Below, in pieces: positions 1 through 14,094 of a DNA stretch of 64,000 nucleotides (positions are counted from its first letter, which is position 1; each line of letters opens with the position of its first letter). The DNA is from Eledone cirrhosa (taxonomy: Eukaryota), in the NCBI GenBank assembly GCA_964016885.1, contig OZ024747.1:63240001-63304000 (forward strand), written 5' to 3'. The notes beneath the pieces were generated by a model that made no database searches, was not told where the DNA came from, and worked only from the letters and a program-made list of their open reading frames with translations. A program made the translations under genes and the position numbers.

Positions 1-842
1 CTCTTGAAAGTGTCATGGGCATTGCTCAGATTCTATAGCTGGATACTCTTCCTCATGCCAGCACCTTTACAGTGTGTACAAGGTGTAATTTATTGTGACA
101 CTAGCATTAGGGAAGTTGACATATTCTTGACACAACTGATGAATTCTTTCAACCCTTTGTTTCCTATGGTTTTTAGAGCTCTTTCTTCCTTATGCCAAAC
201 AATTTGCAGTGTACTTGATGCATTTTATCATGGTGCCAGCACTGAGGCTGCCATGCATATATATATATAAAAAGAATAAAACACTTATGTGAAGAGATTT
301 TACAACTGGATAAACAATGTATGCCCTGATTTTGACAAACCACACCTTCTGGTGATACAGCCAGTTAATCGCCAAGACATTTAGCAATCAGTCCGGAACT
401 AGCTGTTGAAATGGCAAGAGCTCAGTTGTTGGCAGCCCGGCTCTTTATAATATATGTGTGTATTTCTATTAATATAAACATTTCACCTTATACTTAAAAA
501 CCATAGAAAGACAATAGGATTCTCGATTTATCATAAATCTGATTGGTGACTTAGAAAAACTTCAAAGACCTAACACAGACTTGATGTCTTTACACTAGAA
601 ATATATATGATTCATTTCTAACTATAAAATTGACGTAGCCCTGAAGTTTAAAATCAGAAAATGTAACATATAATTATATAACAGATGTCAGATTATTCAC
701 AAAAATGAATTTCAAAATATTTGTTTCCAAATGCAGTTGGAAATTTACTTCTCAAATGATAATTTCAAAGATCTCATTGTAACAGCTTTAATTGCATATA
801 AATCTATTAAATTTATCATTCAAGATATTGATGATCTATCAT

Positions 843-1006
843 CTGGATTGGCAGTATCGGTAGAGGGTCGGAGGCCATGCTTTCCAGCATAGAGTTATGG
901 CCCGTCGAGGTTAACTTTGCCTTTCATCCTTACGGGGTCGATAAAATAAAGTACTAGTAATGCACTGGGTTAATTGCTGCTTTGTGCCAAATGTAGAAAT
1001 AATTAT
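843..1006 (+). mobile_element. tRNA-head SINE, family A (internally deleted copy)
   Basis: GGATTGGCAGTATCGGTAGAG head, GCCTTTCATCCTTACGGGGTCGATAAAATAAAGTAC central block and GTGCCAAA.GTAGAAA.AATTATT tail, all shared with >10 copies in the window. Confidence 0.85.
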
Positions 1007-1109
1007 TTTATGTTTGTTTTTCTATTGTATTATGGTTTGGATGAATTTTTCCAGCATAGCCTCTGTCTACTTATTGAATATCTTCTACCTCTTATCTGTA
1101 AGTTTCTGT

Positions 1110-1497
1110 ATTTTGGGATCAGTTCTCTCAGCATCATCTGTACTGGTCTCCTTCAGATTTCCTTCTATTGTATCATATGTTTACTAGTATGTAATGATAT
1201 ATTTATATTAGTAGCTACTATTATAATATCTTTGAAAAATGGGTAAAGTCTGTCTCATTCCATTGGGGTTACATTTTGAGATCAGCTCTTTCAACATCTG
1301 TACTGGTTTCCTTCAGTTTTCCTTTATTGTAACTGCTTTCCATTAAGATTACATTTTGAGATAAGTTCTCTCAATATCTGTACTGGCCTCCTTTAGCTTT
1401 TGTAACTACATTCTATTAAGGTTACATTTTGAGATCAACTCTCTCAAAATCCGTACTGACCTCCTAAAATTTTCTTCTATTGTAACTGCATTCTATT
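1110..1497. repeat. Degenerate ~75-80 bp tandem repeat
   Basis: TTACATTTTGAGAT..CTCTCAA.ATCTGTACTGG..TCCTT recurs at ~1110, 1269, 1349, 1422. Confidence 0.75.
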
Positions 1498-1760
1498 GTG
1501 ATGGTATTTCCCTATGCAAAGATCATCATCATCCATACATATGGCATGACCAAACCTGTGCAGTCTTCTTTCATCTTCTACATCTAATTCAACTCATGCC
1601 CATATTTTCTCTTAGCTCCATTAGAGCATGCTTGATTCATTTCTGCCCACCCTTCACAGATCCTCTCTATTCACTGCTTATATCTTACTACCAAACAACA
1701 TCACATATTATATACAGATACCTTACAATCTACATTTCACCCAGAGATTCTCTTTGTTGA
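1460..1760 (-). mobile_element. Highly decayed RTE-like LINE 3' fragment
   Basis: Minus strand gives a ..RL.RFGHAI.MDDD..-like motif; resembles decayed segments at 36200-36430 and 39900-40200. Confidence 0.4.
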
Positions 1761-1969
1761 CAACAAACTGAATTGCAAAATATTTGCTTCCAAATTCAAT
1801 GAGAAATGTACTTCTCAAATTAATAATTTAGATATATTTTGAATAAGTCATAAACACATTAAATTCATCAGTAAATGAATATTGATGATAAATCAATATA
1901 TACATAATAGATAGTTTATGAAGTTCAATAATTATACTTCTCTCTCTCTCTCTACACACACACACAAAC

Positions 1970-2008
<39 letters not shown>

Positions 2009-2204
2009 TACAGTGTGCACATGCACACATATAACGAATGCAAAAATGATGATTGTGCTGATATTTAAGCATTGTATAACTAGAAACAATTTTGCTTGTA
2101 TGTTTAGACATATTGTTTGTTAAATCATATCTGTTATTAGAAATGATAAATTGACCCCCACAATAAATTCTCTGTAATAATTTTTATATCTTTTGGCATT
2201 ATAA

Positions 2205-2337
2205 TTAATTAATGTGTGTGTGTATTCTGATTAATTAATGTGTGTGTGTATTCTGATTAATTAATGTGTGTGTGTATTCTAATTAATTAATGTGTGTGTG
2301 TATATAATTAATTAATGTGTGTGTGTATTCTGATTAA
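2205..2337. repeat. 26-bp minisatellite TAATTAATGTGTGTGTGTATTCTGAT, ~5 copies
   Basis: Direct tandem units visible. Confidence 0.9.
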
Positions 2338-3025
2338 GATCTCTGATGGTTTATAATTATAAATATTTCAAGAAGTCTATAATTATATATTTGATTCTTA
2401 CATTAAGAATACACTAAAGTTTTAAAAGTAAAATTTTACCTTTTTGTCCATTGGAAATTTTAATATATTGTTGTAGTATTTTTATAGATTAATTCAGTCT
2501 CTTGTAAATTGGAATTCAGCATTTAGCTGTAAATCTTCATGGGAAGAAAATGGAGTTGAGCCTTAGGTAACAAATCTAATTCATTCCAGAACCTTCTTTG
2601 TTACCAGAAAGATTTGTTAACCCCTTTTGTTACCAACATGGCCAAAATTGACTCTGATCTAAGAAATTAAATCACCTATTTTAATATCTCAAATACACAT
2701 CTAAAATTCTATTAATATATTGAAATACAAGTTTCAATATACTAAGATGAAAAATTATTTCATAATAGAGAATATCCATCATTGGCTTAGACTTTCTATC
2801 AGCTCCTTTGAGCTTTATATCTCATGCAAATAAAATTTACACATCCACCATAGTATGCTTGATTTATTTATTTCTAGCCATGACCTACCATATAAAATCA
2901 GAGCCATGTCCCAATACCATGTAAGCATAGCACGTTATACATATAGGCATCATACAATCTACCTTTTGCTTAGAGAGAAAGCCCTTTTGTTATGAATAGT
3001 GGCATTAGCCATTAAAAACAATAAT

Positions 3026-3208
3026 TGTTTCTACTTTTTGGCACAAGGCCAGCAATTACCCAGTGCATTACTGGTACTTTATTTTATCAATCCCGTAAGG
3101 ATGAAAGGCAAAGTTAACCTCGGCGGGATTTGAACTCAGAATGGCAAGGGCCGTAACTCTATGCATCAAAGCATGGCGTCCGACCCTCTACCGATACTCC
3201 CAATCCAC
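3026..3208 (-). mobile_element. SINE family A, full length, 13-bp TSD
   Basis: TSD TAAAAACAATAAT at 3013-3025 and 3209-3221; B-box GAGTTCAAATCCC on minus strand. Confidence 0.92.
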
Positions 3209-3295
3209 TAAAAACAATAATGATTCACCATAGGTGTTATGATAATAAAATATACTTCAGCAGATAGCTATCTGGAAGTTTTGATCAACTTCTCG

Positions 3296-3546
3296 TAGCT
3301 TTGAGCTGCTACTTCTCTGAATTGAGAGATCACAGCTCTGATACTATGAGCATGTGGTTAGAATGTCTCAGGAAAGAATCGCTGGACAGATTTTATGGGC
3401 AAAACCAACCAGCAGGAGAGCCAGGGGTAGACCCCAGCCAAATCAGTTAGAGACAGTTGCTTCTGACAGGACTCCCTGGAAGGAGTGTTTGAGCACTCTG
3501 TCCCCACAACCCTCTCAGGAATAAGTGGGCGAAGGAGAGAAGAATT
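3296..3546 (+). mobile_element. RTE-clade LINE 3' end
   Basis: ..IERSQL*YYEHVVRMSQERIAGQI..-like text and tail AGGAATAAGTGGG(C/T)GAAG(GAA)n; same family as 9990-10470. Confidence 0.8.
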
Positions 3547-4479
3547 TGATATATCATCCTGACAAATATGATCATTAAACATTTTGATACCAACTTGGTT
3601 ATAGCTGCCTCTACTTCTAAGAAAGAAAACCACACATTTGAAAGGGTTCCTATATAAATTAACATCTTTCAGTATAAATTGATATACAATCCTTTTAAGT
3701 TATGTTACAGATACTATCTTAATATTGCAACGATTAATAATATTAATAAATCTCTACACATTTTTCATTAATTAAATCAAAAGAAGGTTATCTCATTAGA
3801 AATAGGGAAATGAATTGGTTAATTTCTAAGCCGTGTTTTTATTTTCTTAAGTAAAAATATACATAATCATAATTATAATTATTTCATCTGACATCCTTTG
3901 CTATACAATTTTAATGATTACTTAGCAATGACCTTGAAAATACAGAATTACAATCCTAAGAACTTATTTAAAATGCCAAAGTGATTCCCTAATGACAGTC
4001 AAACAAAGCAAGACACTCAAATAAAAGTTATTGTAGAATTGGAAAATTGCTTTATTCCAGTTATAAGTGATAAAGTAAAATATATTGAAGCCAAATATTT
4101 GTGAAGTGTGTATATATGGATATATACATTGTGTTTGTGTATATACTTGCATACATGCATATACTTTGAATGTATTACAAAATTAGCAGGGATTTTTTTT
4201 TTCTGTTGCTGTTTAGTCAGTTAGAGAAGGTCAGTGACTATTTTCAGAGCCTCGGATATTGGTGGGAGAGAGGGAGTGAGTAAGGAAGGTATCCTCAAAT
4301 CAGAGACCTAGACAAAATAGTTGTCACGGAGATACATATGAAGTAGATAGGCTGTTAAATGAAGTGAAAGGTTAAGTCTATCTCACATGTAAGCCAGAAC
4401 AAGATTTGAACTTTGTGCTGAGGCCAGACTGGTCAAGCCGATAGATCCTATTCATACTTTTTGTTTTGGTTTGGTTTCT

Positions 4480-4692
4480 ATCACTGGATACCTTTCCTAA
4501 TGCCAACCCCTGTAAATCATATACTTGGAGTATGTCCTCTATTATGGCTGGATGCCCTTCCTAATGCTGACCACTGTAGAACGTGTACTTGGAACATGGC
4601 CACTATGGCTAGATGCCCTTGTTAATGCCAATCACTGTAGTGTGTGTACTGGGAGTATGGCTGCTATGGCTGGATGCCCTTCCTAATGCTGA
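4480..4692. repeat. ~62-bp tandem repeat derived from the SINE GCTGGATGCCCTTCCTAATGC segment
   Basis: 4 units containing TATGGCTGGATGCCCTTCCTAATGC. Confidence 0.7.
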
Positions 4693-5540
4693 CAGTGCAA
4701 AAAGGAAAACACTCTTACAATTCTTCCAAACCCAGGACTGACACTTTATTTTATCAATCCTGGATGAAACATAAAATTGACCTTGGCAAGATTTGAACTC
4801 CTAGTACAGAGGACTGAAACATATATCACAAAGCATTTTGGCCTCCGCTCTAACAAATTGCTTCTATGAATAATCACATTTATGTTACACAAAATATTTT
4901 AGACATGGACATTGATAGAATTTCTAAAACTTGAGATAAATAACATACTTATAATAAGATAAGTCTGTGTGTCATGACAAGAGGTGCCAAGTTCTGATGG
5001 TTTGGGTAAGACCATCGCCGTTTCTTTGAAGTAGAACCTGGCCAAAATCATCTGAACTCACATCTTTTCATGGCATACTAATATATCTTATTTTACAAAT
5101 GCTATTCACTATGTCTGCTGATATACAGGCCATCTTTGTATCTGCTTTCCTCTCCTTCTCTCCTATACAGCTCTAGGATAAGGTATATTAATACTTATCA
5201 ACATATGTAGATTGATGTAATACTTCTATATACATGTATAAGTATGTACATGTATATGTGCTCCTATCTTTTTCTCCTTTGCTCGTGTACAACTTACGCA
5301 GCTCAAGGATATGGTATGTTTGCACTTATCAGAGTATCAAGATTATTGTTATGCTTATATGTATATGTATGGGCACACATATATATATATATTTATATAT
5401 ATATACATACATATATATATATGTGTGTGTGTGTTTTCTCCTCCTATCTTATACAACTGATACAACTGTAGTTTTGTTAGTACTTATCTAAATATTAAAA
5501 TTGCTGTAATACATGTATGTGTGAATGTTCATACGCATGC

Positions 5541-5611
<71 letters not shown>

Positions 5612-5930
5612 TCACATTATGTAAGTAAATATCAGTATAGTATATAGAGGAACTTTTTATGAAGTGTCTCATTCACACGTCACTTAGAAATACATTTACA
5701 TCCTTATTTTGTACTTTATAATAATTATCTGATGGATTAATATTATGTGTGTATAATCTATATACACACACACACACATACATATCAACCTATCTGTATA
5801 GATAGACACACATATACATGCATACATGTATGTATACAAACACACACACACATACGTGTGTGTGTATCAATACACACTATGTTGATATGTATGTGTACAT
5901 ATAAATAAATATACACACACACACACATGC

Positions 5931-6001
<71 letters not shown>

Positions 6002-6559
6002 AGCTCCAAAACTAAACTCAACTTTGCTGACTGACTAGAAACCAGAAATGGTTCAGTAGATAAACCATTAACCTCTTCTCCACTTTTGAAATACTTCAAA
6101 CTTTTCTCTGTGACTTTAGATTTCCCATTGTCTCCATCTTTCTGCTTCACAAGATATTCAATCTTAGTTATCTGTTTCCATTAGATTGCCTTCTAAAGTG
6201 ATCACTGACTTTATAAACTGTCTCCTTTCTACATTAGATACTACACACTTCTCAAAAACTTTCAGTCCACGGTGTAAACATGTTTAAACTAGCATCGACA
6301 TAACATTTATCATTGTTTTATATTACTTGTGCTTTTTCCATCAACTGGGTTTTATTTGCGCTTTATTCTCATGTTGATTTTATTTCAGTTTTATATTAAG
6401 TACACCTAGATGGAGAATGGTTATCATGTATCTGGGGGATATGGGGCTCAAGTCCTCATAGCAGTTGATAGCAACTTCTTTCTGTCTTTAAAAGTCTTCA
6501 TTCTATTAGAAGCTACTCAATCTATTGTCTTTTCTAATGGGTGCCACAGTTGTGTCATT

Positions 6560-6808
6560 CAACAGAACTGCTTCCTCTTGAAATTAATGTGTAAGTGACT
6601 GAGTATTCCCACACATATGTGCAGACTTAATTTAATTCTCAGGATGATTCAGTGTGACATAATATGTGATAAGTTTGGTTCCTTGAATTACAGATGCAAC
6701 TTATTTGTGCCAGCTGCGTGGGCTGGAGCAATGTGAAATAAAGTGTGTTGCTGAATCAAGCTCAGAACCATGTAATCAGGAGCTGAACACCCTAACCACT
6801 AATCCATA
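6560..6808 (-). mobile_element. tRNA-head SINE family B (diverged)
   Basis: CTGGAGCAATGTGAAATAAAGTG..TTGCT block and CTAACCACTAA (A-box complement). Confidence 0.7.
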
Positions 6809-7014
6809 GGTTGATCTCATGCTGTGTGTGAACAGAGGCATAGTCGAGTGGTTAAGAATTTATCTTCATGGTGGTGATGAGGATGATGATGAGGATTCAT
6901 GAGTGTCCTTTCTCACTGCCACGTGTCTCTTTAATACAACACATAGGCATCACCCAGTACATTTGAAAGTGATAGACAAAACTGAAAATATTGGAAACAA
7001 CACTTTAGTTAGAA

Positions 7015-7254
7015 CTAGCTGGCCTGTCCAGCTGGCGCCTGGTTACCATTGGCGTGTTCTACGGCATTCAGATATATATAGCTGACAAACCTAGCTTTGC
7101 TTGGTAAACAGAGGATAAACCGTCTCTGTAGTATAGTATTACTGTTGAAAATATATAGCATAGTACAGTATTACTGTTGAAAATATATAGTATAGTATTA
7201 CTGTTGAAAATATATAGACAGACAGACAGACATTCTCTGTTTTATATATATAGA
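7015..7254 (-). mobile_element. Non-autonomous Helitron-like element
   Basis: Minus strand starts A|TCTATATATATAAAACAGAGAATGTCTGTCTG and ends GC-rich hairpin..CTAG|T. Confidence 0.6.
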
Positions 7255-7287
7255 TTACTGTTGAAAATATGTACACAAATATATAAT

Positions 7288-7324
<37 letters not shown>

Positions 7325-7329
7325 TTAAA

Positions 7330-7790
7330 GTTGGTTAGAAGCGAAGTCAATGCAGACAGACAGACATGCAGACAGGGTGCGACGTTATAGCTATGTATCT
7401 TTCTAAAAAATCGGTTGGGTACTTCTCAAGTTACAGGCCCTAATGCAACCAAAATGCTTAAAAAAATCGATTTTTTGCCTAATGTGGTCCCTGGGGCAAA
7501 AAATGAGAAAATCTTTTTTGCTCAAAACACTTTAAACGACAGAAGTAATGCAAATTTTGAAGAAATCGCCTGGATTATTGTTCCGTTATGCCTAAAAAAA
7601 GCCTTTAAAGCCTAAAATATGCGGTTGTTCGCCTAATGCGGTTCCTAGGGCATTGAAAATTTAAAATATCTTTTGCTCAAAATACTTACATGACCATAAG
7701 TATTATATGTGTAAAGTTTGAAAATAATCGGTTGGGTGGTTCATGAGTTTTAGGGAGACAGACAGACATTCTCTGTTTTAGATATATAGA
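7330..7790 (-). mobile_element. Non-autonomous Helitron-like element, same family as 11180-11805
   Basis: Shares AATCGGTTGGGT..TTCTC..GAGTTTTAGGGA..CAGACAGACATTCTC.GTTTTA.ATATATAGA; internal repeats GCCTAATG.GG..CCTAGGG. Confidence 0.7.
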
Positions 7791-9019
7791 TAAAAAAAAG
7801 GTTAAAATCTTTCAGTGATATAGTTCTTGATTTATTTGATGCTATTTAATATATAATTGAATTCTATTGAACCTATTACACACCATTGGGTAGTAACTAT
7901 AAATGCAGTTATAGCTGTAGTCTGAGAGGTTAAGAAGTTCACTTCCCAACCAACTGTTTTTAAGTTATGTCCTGTAACATGACACCTTAGCAAGTGTCTT
8001 CTACTATAGACTCTGGTTGACCAATGTCTTAAGAGTGAAATTTGATAGATGGAAGCTATAGAAGCCTGCTGTGTAATGGATATATACGTGCACGTGTGTG
8101 TGTCCGTGTCCGCTTATGTCTGAGATCAATAAAATAATTACTGGTTTAGTGAGTTGGTCCCAGAGTTACTTACTTCAGTAAGTACCACCGGATCCCAACT
8201 ACTAAATTTAATAGAGATAAGAGATAGGAGAATTTTCATTCCATTTCATTTCGCGTGAGAATTATCTCTCACTACATTTGAAGTAATAACTGAATCATAA
8301 TAAGTTTCTCAAGACGAGTATCAAAATAACTTGCATATATTGTAGTCCATGTTACAATTGTGGTAAACAAATGACCTCGTGGCATGACAAGATATAATCC
8401 TGACCCATAAGATGTGGTTGGGAAAAGGTTAGCATGTTTGCACTCGATATGATCACTTCCAGGGTTGATCGGCAAAAGAGAGAGAGAGATGAATTTCAGT
8501 TCCATCTTTTATAATCCCTTGAACGGAAGTTAAAAGGAAGGTTCTAGAATTTCAACGGGAAGTAACTCTAGCTACTTCCCTTGTCTAGAGAGCGCTACAA
8601 GACTACCCTCTCAGTCGAGAAGTCGAATAACCAATGGAAAGTCATTGTAGTGAGAACCCGTAAGAAATGAGGAGCAAAACAAAAGGTACAAGAAAATGAA
8701 TGAATAAAAACATGAGCTCGCAAATAGCTATGGAGCACAAAACAAGTAAATGCATTTTACAAAGAAAAATGTGAATGTAACAAACTGATAATTCAAAGTC
8801 AATATAAGGGTGCAGATAAAAATAATGGTCATTGGTAAGTTCAAAGTTTTTCAAAGGCAAATAGTTCATACATCACCAGTGTACAGACTCTCTGACACTA
8901 GTTCTATCTGAAAACTGAAAAAGAAGTTTGTTAATGCCACTAGGGGTTAGATGTATATTGCTTTTGAGAGTTTTTGTGGCCATTTTACCATCCTGCCACC
9001 TTGTGTGACATGAGGTTGT

Positions 9020-9232
9020 TTACGGTGGTGGTGAGGGTGTTAGTGTGGGAATGTATGTACGAGGTATGTCAGGCAGTGTAATGAGACTTTCAGTGAAAGC
9101 CTTCTTTGCTCTGTCAATGGATATTGTCTCTTTTCGACCATTGACAGCCACTGTTAAATGTTTGGGTGTGTGCGAAAGCACACAAAAAGGTCCATTGTAG
9201 GGTGACGTAAGTGGTCCCTTGGCTTCGTACAA
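9020..9232 (-). mobile_element. Gypsy LTR-retrotransposon integrase C-terminal fragment
   Basis: KGPLTSPYNGPFCVL..KHLTVAVNGRKETISIDRAKKAF matches the GPY/F..V.IDRLK region of Gypsy integrases. Confidence 0.75.
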
Positions 9233-9989
9233 TCAACTAATTTAAGGCAATGCCCCAGCATGGCTAAAAGTCCACTGAAAGATGCCACAAACTTGTCTAC
9301 TAAATATCTTTCTTTAGGAATAGTTTTGTGTTTTACATTTGTTTTCCCTACTGATATCAGTTGAACAGGTCTGAGTCTAGACAAATCAAATGACTATATC
9401 TTGCTTGTACATTTTATATTGGAATGATTTCTAGAGCTGGACACCCTTGCTAATGTCAATCACATTACAGCGTAGATTTAGTGCATATTATCATGGTAAC
9501 TAGCTCTATTAATTTACAGAGTGGACTGGTATTTTATGAAATACCATTCTTTCCTGAAAGGTGGCAGACTGATAGAATTCTTAGGAAAAATTTACTTGCG
9601 GTATTTAGCTACAGCCTTTTACATTCTGAGTTCAAACCCTACCAATGGTAACTTTGTCTTTCATCCTTCAATAGGCCAATAAAATAAAGCAGCAGTCTGT
9701 TTCTGAAGTCAAAATAACCTACTTTTGCCCCAGTTACAATGTGTTACCCTAATGCCTAAATTAAAAACATTATTTTCTGAGTAGAATAAATTATCTTTTC
9801 CAAGAACCCCAAAACAGTTGCAGCGATGAAAATAGAGTTTGTCCTCATGATCAATAGATTAATCAACTTAACAGCTTAATTAATTCACCTCACTTTGATT
9901 AATTCTTGAGAATTTCTAAGTGAAAGGCAATAAGAATTAATGGGGATGTGGGTGTCATAAATACATTCTTCAGATAAATATCTTATTTT

Positions 9990-10470
9990 CTTCACCCACT
10001 TATTCCTGAGAAGGTCATGGGCAAAGAGTCCTCAAACACTTCTTACATCAGGTCCTGTTAAAAGCAACCATCTCCAACTGATCTGGCTGGATCCCCAAGC
10101 GTGAGTAGCCATACTCATGGATGTTATCCAACCATATTGCTTGGCCGTCTACCCCTGGGTCTCCTGCCGGTTGCTTTTGCCCATACAATCTGTCCAGCGA
10201 TTCTTTCCTGAGACATTCTAATCACATGCCCATAATATCAGAGCTATGATCTCTCAATTTGGAGAATTAGTGCTTCTACCAGGAGTGACTCTATTGAGTA
10301 ATGTTACTCCAAAGACTCTTTGGAGGAATCCCATTTTGGCCACTTGTATTCATGATCGTATTCTTTCGGTCATTATCCAAGATTCATGACCATAGGTAAG
10401 GGTTGGTACAAAAACCAAATTGAAGATAACGAGTTTGGCTTTTACACCTACCTCCCTTCACCTGATTACT
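9990..10470 (-). mobile_element. RTE-clade (Expander/Rex3-like) LINE 3' fragment with stops
   Basis: KAKLVIFNLVFVPTLTYGHESWIMTERIRS*IQVAKMGFLQRV..YYGHVIRMSQERI..GRRPRGR. Confidence 0.85.
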
Positions 10471-11179
10471 GAATCTTTTGCAATTTTTGTGCTTAACTCA
10501 GATAAATATTCTAATATAAAAATTACCATCTAGATTCTTAGCATCAAATATCTGATGTGAACCCTTCAAACACATAGAGAAATTTCCAAGTGTCAATGTT
10601 CTCGTTGTTATTAATGTTTCAAATTCCATATATAGATGAGACACTATTTATACAAATAAAACGTCGACATATAAATGAGACACTATCAATAAATAGAACA
10701 AAACAAATGAAATGTTTACTGTGTGGAAGTCAGATTTAATCGATAAGTAGAATATATTCTAAGAAACACTGCTATAACAACACTTCAGAAATATTTTCAC
10801 CTCATTAATATTAAATCTTCTCTACAAAATAACAAATGGTTTATGTTCAGCAAGTTTTTTTTGTCTGTGAAACCTATGAATTATAGCTAATGTTGACCTG
10901 CATGATACATTAATTTTACAAAACATATCACTTGTGCATACAAAGAATTAAGCCAAAATGTATTGAAGTCTTTAAAAACAACTTAATCTTGGAGTAGTTT
11001 GTTTGATGCTTAACAAAAAACAAACTATGCTTCAACTCTTTGTTACCATATTTCTAATGAGTCACTACCTATAAATTTCAGATTATCTTGAAAGTAATTA
11101 GAATAAGTTAGTAATGCAACTAACTTTCTCGTTAATAAACTGGTGTTTGGATCATAACAAAGTGTCTTATATAAAATTA

Positions 11180-11805
11180 TTAGCAGTGGTACCCGGCGTT
11201 GCATGGGATTTTGGAACGCGGGCCGCCAAAAGCCCTAATCGTGGAAAAACTGCATGCCTCGACAATATGTAAAGAAAATAAACCGAATACTCTGATGGCT
11301 GGATAATCTTTAAGATTTTCCTCGATGAAGCAAGAAAAATGCACATTTTCACCTAGGGGATCAAGAAAATGAATTTTTTTATGTGCATAATATGCCTTGA
11401 AATTTCGGGGAAATCGGCTAGACGTAACGCCTCAAAAAAGCCTTAAAAAGCTTTAAAAAATGAAGTTTTTCACCTAATGTGGGCGCTAGGCCATAAAAAG
11501 CTGGATTTTCTTTGCTCACGGTATGAAGAAGAGACTGACTAATACATAGTTACAATTTCAAGGAAATTGGTCTCACGTAACGCCTAAAAAAACCCATAAA
11601 AAGCTGAAAAAACGCAGTTTTTCACCTAATGCGGGCCCTAGGGTATCAAAAAGAATTTTTAATGTACATAACACTCCCTGAAACATAAGTAATACACATG
11701 TAAAGTTTGAAAAAAATCGGTTGGGTACTTCTCGAGTTTTAGGGATTCAAACTCACAGACACACATAAACACACAGACAGACATTCTCAGTTTTATATAT
11801 ATAGA
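11180..11805 (-). mobile_element. Non-autonomous Helitron, near full length
   Basis: 5' A|TC; 3' CCCATGCAACGCCGGG hairpin then CTAA|T (CTRR); no TSD. Confidence 0.8.
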
Positions 11806-12023
11806 TAATGGAAGGTTTTGATACCAATATAACTATTTTAAGACAAACAGCACCTATTTCATAAAGTTTGTTATCAAAAGAATTAACAATAAAACTGATA
11901 AATTAATATAGTTTTATTTCATAATTATCTGTGACATGATTTCATTTCATTTACCTAAGAGAAAACCTGAATGCTATATCACTTATAATAGTAGTGGCAT
12001 GTCGTTGGTTATGATGATGATTG

Positions 12024-12310
12024 TTCCAATTGATCCAATCAATGGAACAGCCTCTTCATGAAATTAACGTGCAAGTGGCTGAGCATTCTACAAACATGTG
12101 TTCCCATAATATAGTTCTGAGGGAGATTCAGTGTGTCACAGAATGTGAAAAGGTTGGCCCTTTGCATTACAGGTACAACAAATTTTTGCCAGCTGATTGA
12201 AATAGAGCTTAGTGAAATAAAGTGTCTGGCTCAAGGACACAGCTGGAAATCGAACTCATGACTTTACGATCTTGAGCTAAATAGCCCTACTACAAAGCCA
12301 CATGCTTTCA
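12024..12310 (-). mobile_element. SINE family B
   Basis: GTGAAATAAAGTGTCT.GCTCAAGGACAC block and ATCGAACTC B-box complement. Confidence 0.75.
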
Positions 12311-12547
12311 CACATCACTTATAACTTCATATAAAAAAAGCACCTGGTACACAGTGGTTGGTGTTAGAAAAGACATCTAACTGTAGAAAACATGTCAAAA
12401 ATTAAAATGGAAACATGGACCCTCCACCTGCCTAGGCAAGTAATAACTCTGAATAAAAGCTGACCTTCATAGTGAAAACCCATCAAACCAATGACAGCAC
12501 AGAAACTAAATGTAATATGATAATGATGGTGGTGTTGATATATATAT

Positions 12548-12886
12548 ATCATCATCATCATCATTTTACGTCCACTTTTCCCTGTTTGCAAGGGTGGGAC
12601 GGGAACTGATTCTGGCTTGATTTCTACAGCTGGATGCCCTTCCTAACACCAACCTCATTTACAGTGAGTGCTGGGTGGTTTTTGCCATGGCACCTACACG
12701 ACCACTTTGCAGTGGAATGATATGGACCCCAGTCCCTATCATCTCATTTCTACAGTTGAGTAAACTGGAGCAATGTGAAATAAAGTACCTTGCTCAAGGA
12801 AACAACACATCACCCGGTTTGAGAATTGAAGTCAAAACCTTTCGATTGCAAGGCCAATGCTCTAACCACTAAGCCATGTGCCTCCA
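12548..12886 (-). mobile_element. Composite SINE (tRNA head + family B core + family C tail ending (GAT)n)
   Basis: Reverse-complement match to 16172-16597, with fewer internal repeat units. Confidence 0.85.
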
Positions 12887-13319
12887 TATATATATATATA
12901 TATTACATTCAAAAGTATAGAGAAAATCTCAAACATGCGTCCTATCACCTGTAGAAGCTCAAAGAAAGTTTCTAAGGAATAAATCCAATCATTTATTATA
13001 TAATATTGATTGACATATATATTGAATGACATAAATCCATAAGATAACATATCAAACTTTAACAGGAGATAATATGCAGAGAATATATGAACACATAGTT
13101 CCGAAATGTAACATTAAAACTTAACAAAACAATTTCAAATATAGATACCTGGCAAAAATTAGTTATATTCCTTTGTACACATCCCTCTATAGCTGTGAAA
13201 TACATTTCACTAAATATATAATGTAGTTCAATAGTCAATCAGGAGTGCCAGTGAAGGAAATCATATATATATATATATATACACACACACAAACCAAAGC
13301 TGAAGCATATAGACAGTAT

Positions 13320-13575
13320 GCCCCCACCCACTCCCACTGTAAAGTGGTTGTGTAGGTATCATGACAAAAAAGCACCCAGTCCACACTGTAAAGTGGTCGT
13401 GTAGGCGCCACCTTAAAAATCACCCAGTACTCACTGTAAATGAGGTTGGTGTTATGAAGGGCACCACGCTGTAGAAATCCATCCAAAAATCACCTGACTT
13501 GCATTGCCCACAACAGGACAACTCGTCTAACCCATGCTGGGGTGGAAAATGGACGTAAAATGGTGATGATGATGA
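13320..13575 (+). mobile_element. SINE family C 3' part
   Basis: Internal ~48-bp repeats CACTGTAAAGTGGT.GTGTAGG..AAAAAGCACCCAG; ACCCATGCT..GTGGAAAATGGACGTAAAATG(ATG)n tail. Confidence 0.8.
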
Positions 13576-14094
13576 AATGTGTGTGTGAGTATATATATAT
13601 ATATGTAAAATGCCTACACAGTATCTGGGAAATATGGGGCTCGATTCCTTGAATAGGCAGATGGAAACTTCTTTCCCTGTCTTGAAGGGTCTTCATTCTA
13701 TACCAGGGACTGCCCAGCTGCTTCCTCTTCGCACCGGCCACCGTTATGACCGCAGGTGTACTTGGACCCCATACAGTCAAGCTCCTCTGCAAGATCGGAA
13801 TGTCAGCTGTTGCAGTGGGCGTCGTCGCTGGCCATTTGCGGCAGAATGCTTTTGTGGTCTTTTCCGCAAGGTACAGCCTCTCTACTACCATGCCCTAGGC
13901 CCAGAGCCCAATCAATCATTTTCCCCCTTCCCCCTCCCCATTCTTCTGTGACACTAAAGTTCTTGCCATTCCCTCCCTTCCGTGTTTTTTTTTCTTTTTC
14001 TGTTTTTTCTCTATATTTTCCTATTTTACATTCCATTCTTCTCAATCTAAATTTTCTTTTTTTATATAAGCTATTCTATATTACTATAATCATG

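Noticed and set aside
6000-6180. Lys/Ser-rich minus-strand frame (KQKDGDNGKSKVTEK..)
   Set aside because: No in-frame acceptor or start; runs into a microsatellite
13590-13960. GC-richer ORFs (113-133 aa)
   Set aside because: No recognisable domain or splice sites; likely a retroelement remnant but unassignable by eye
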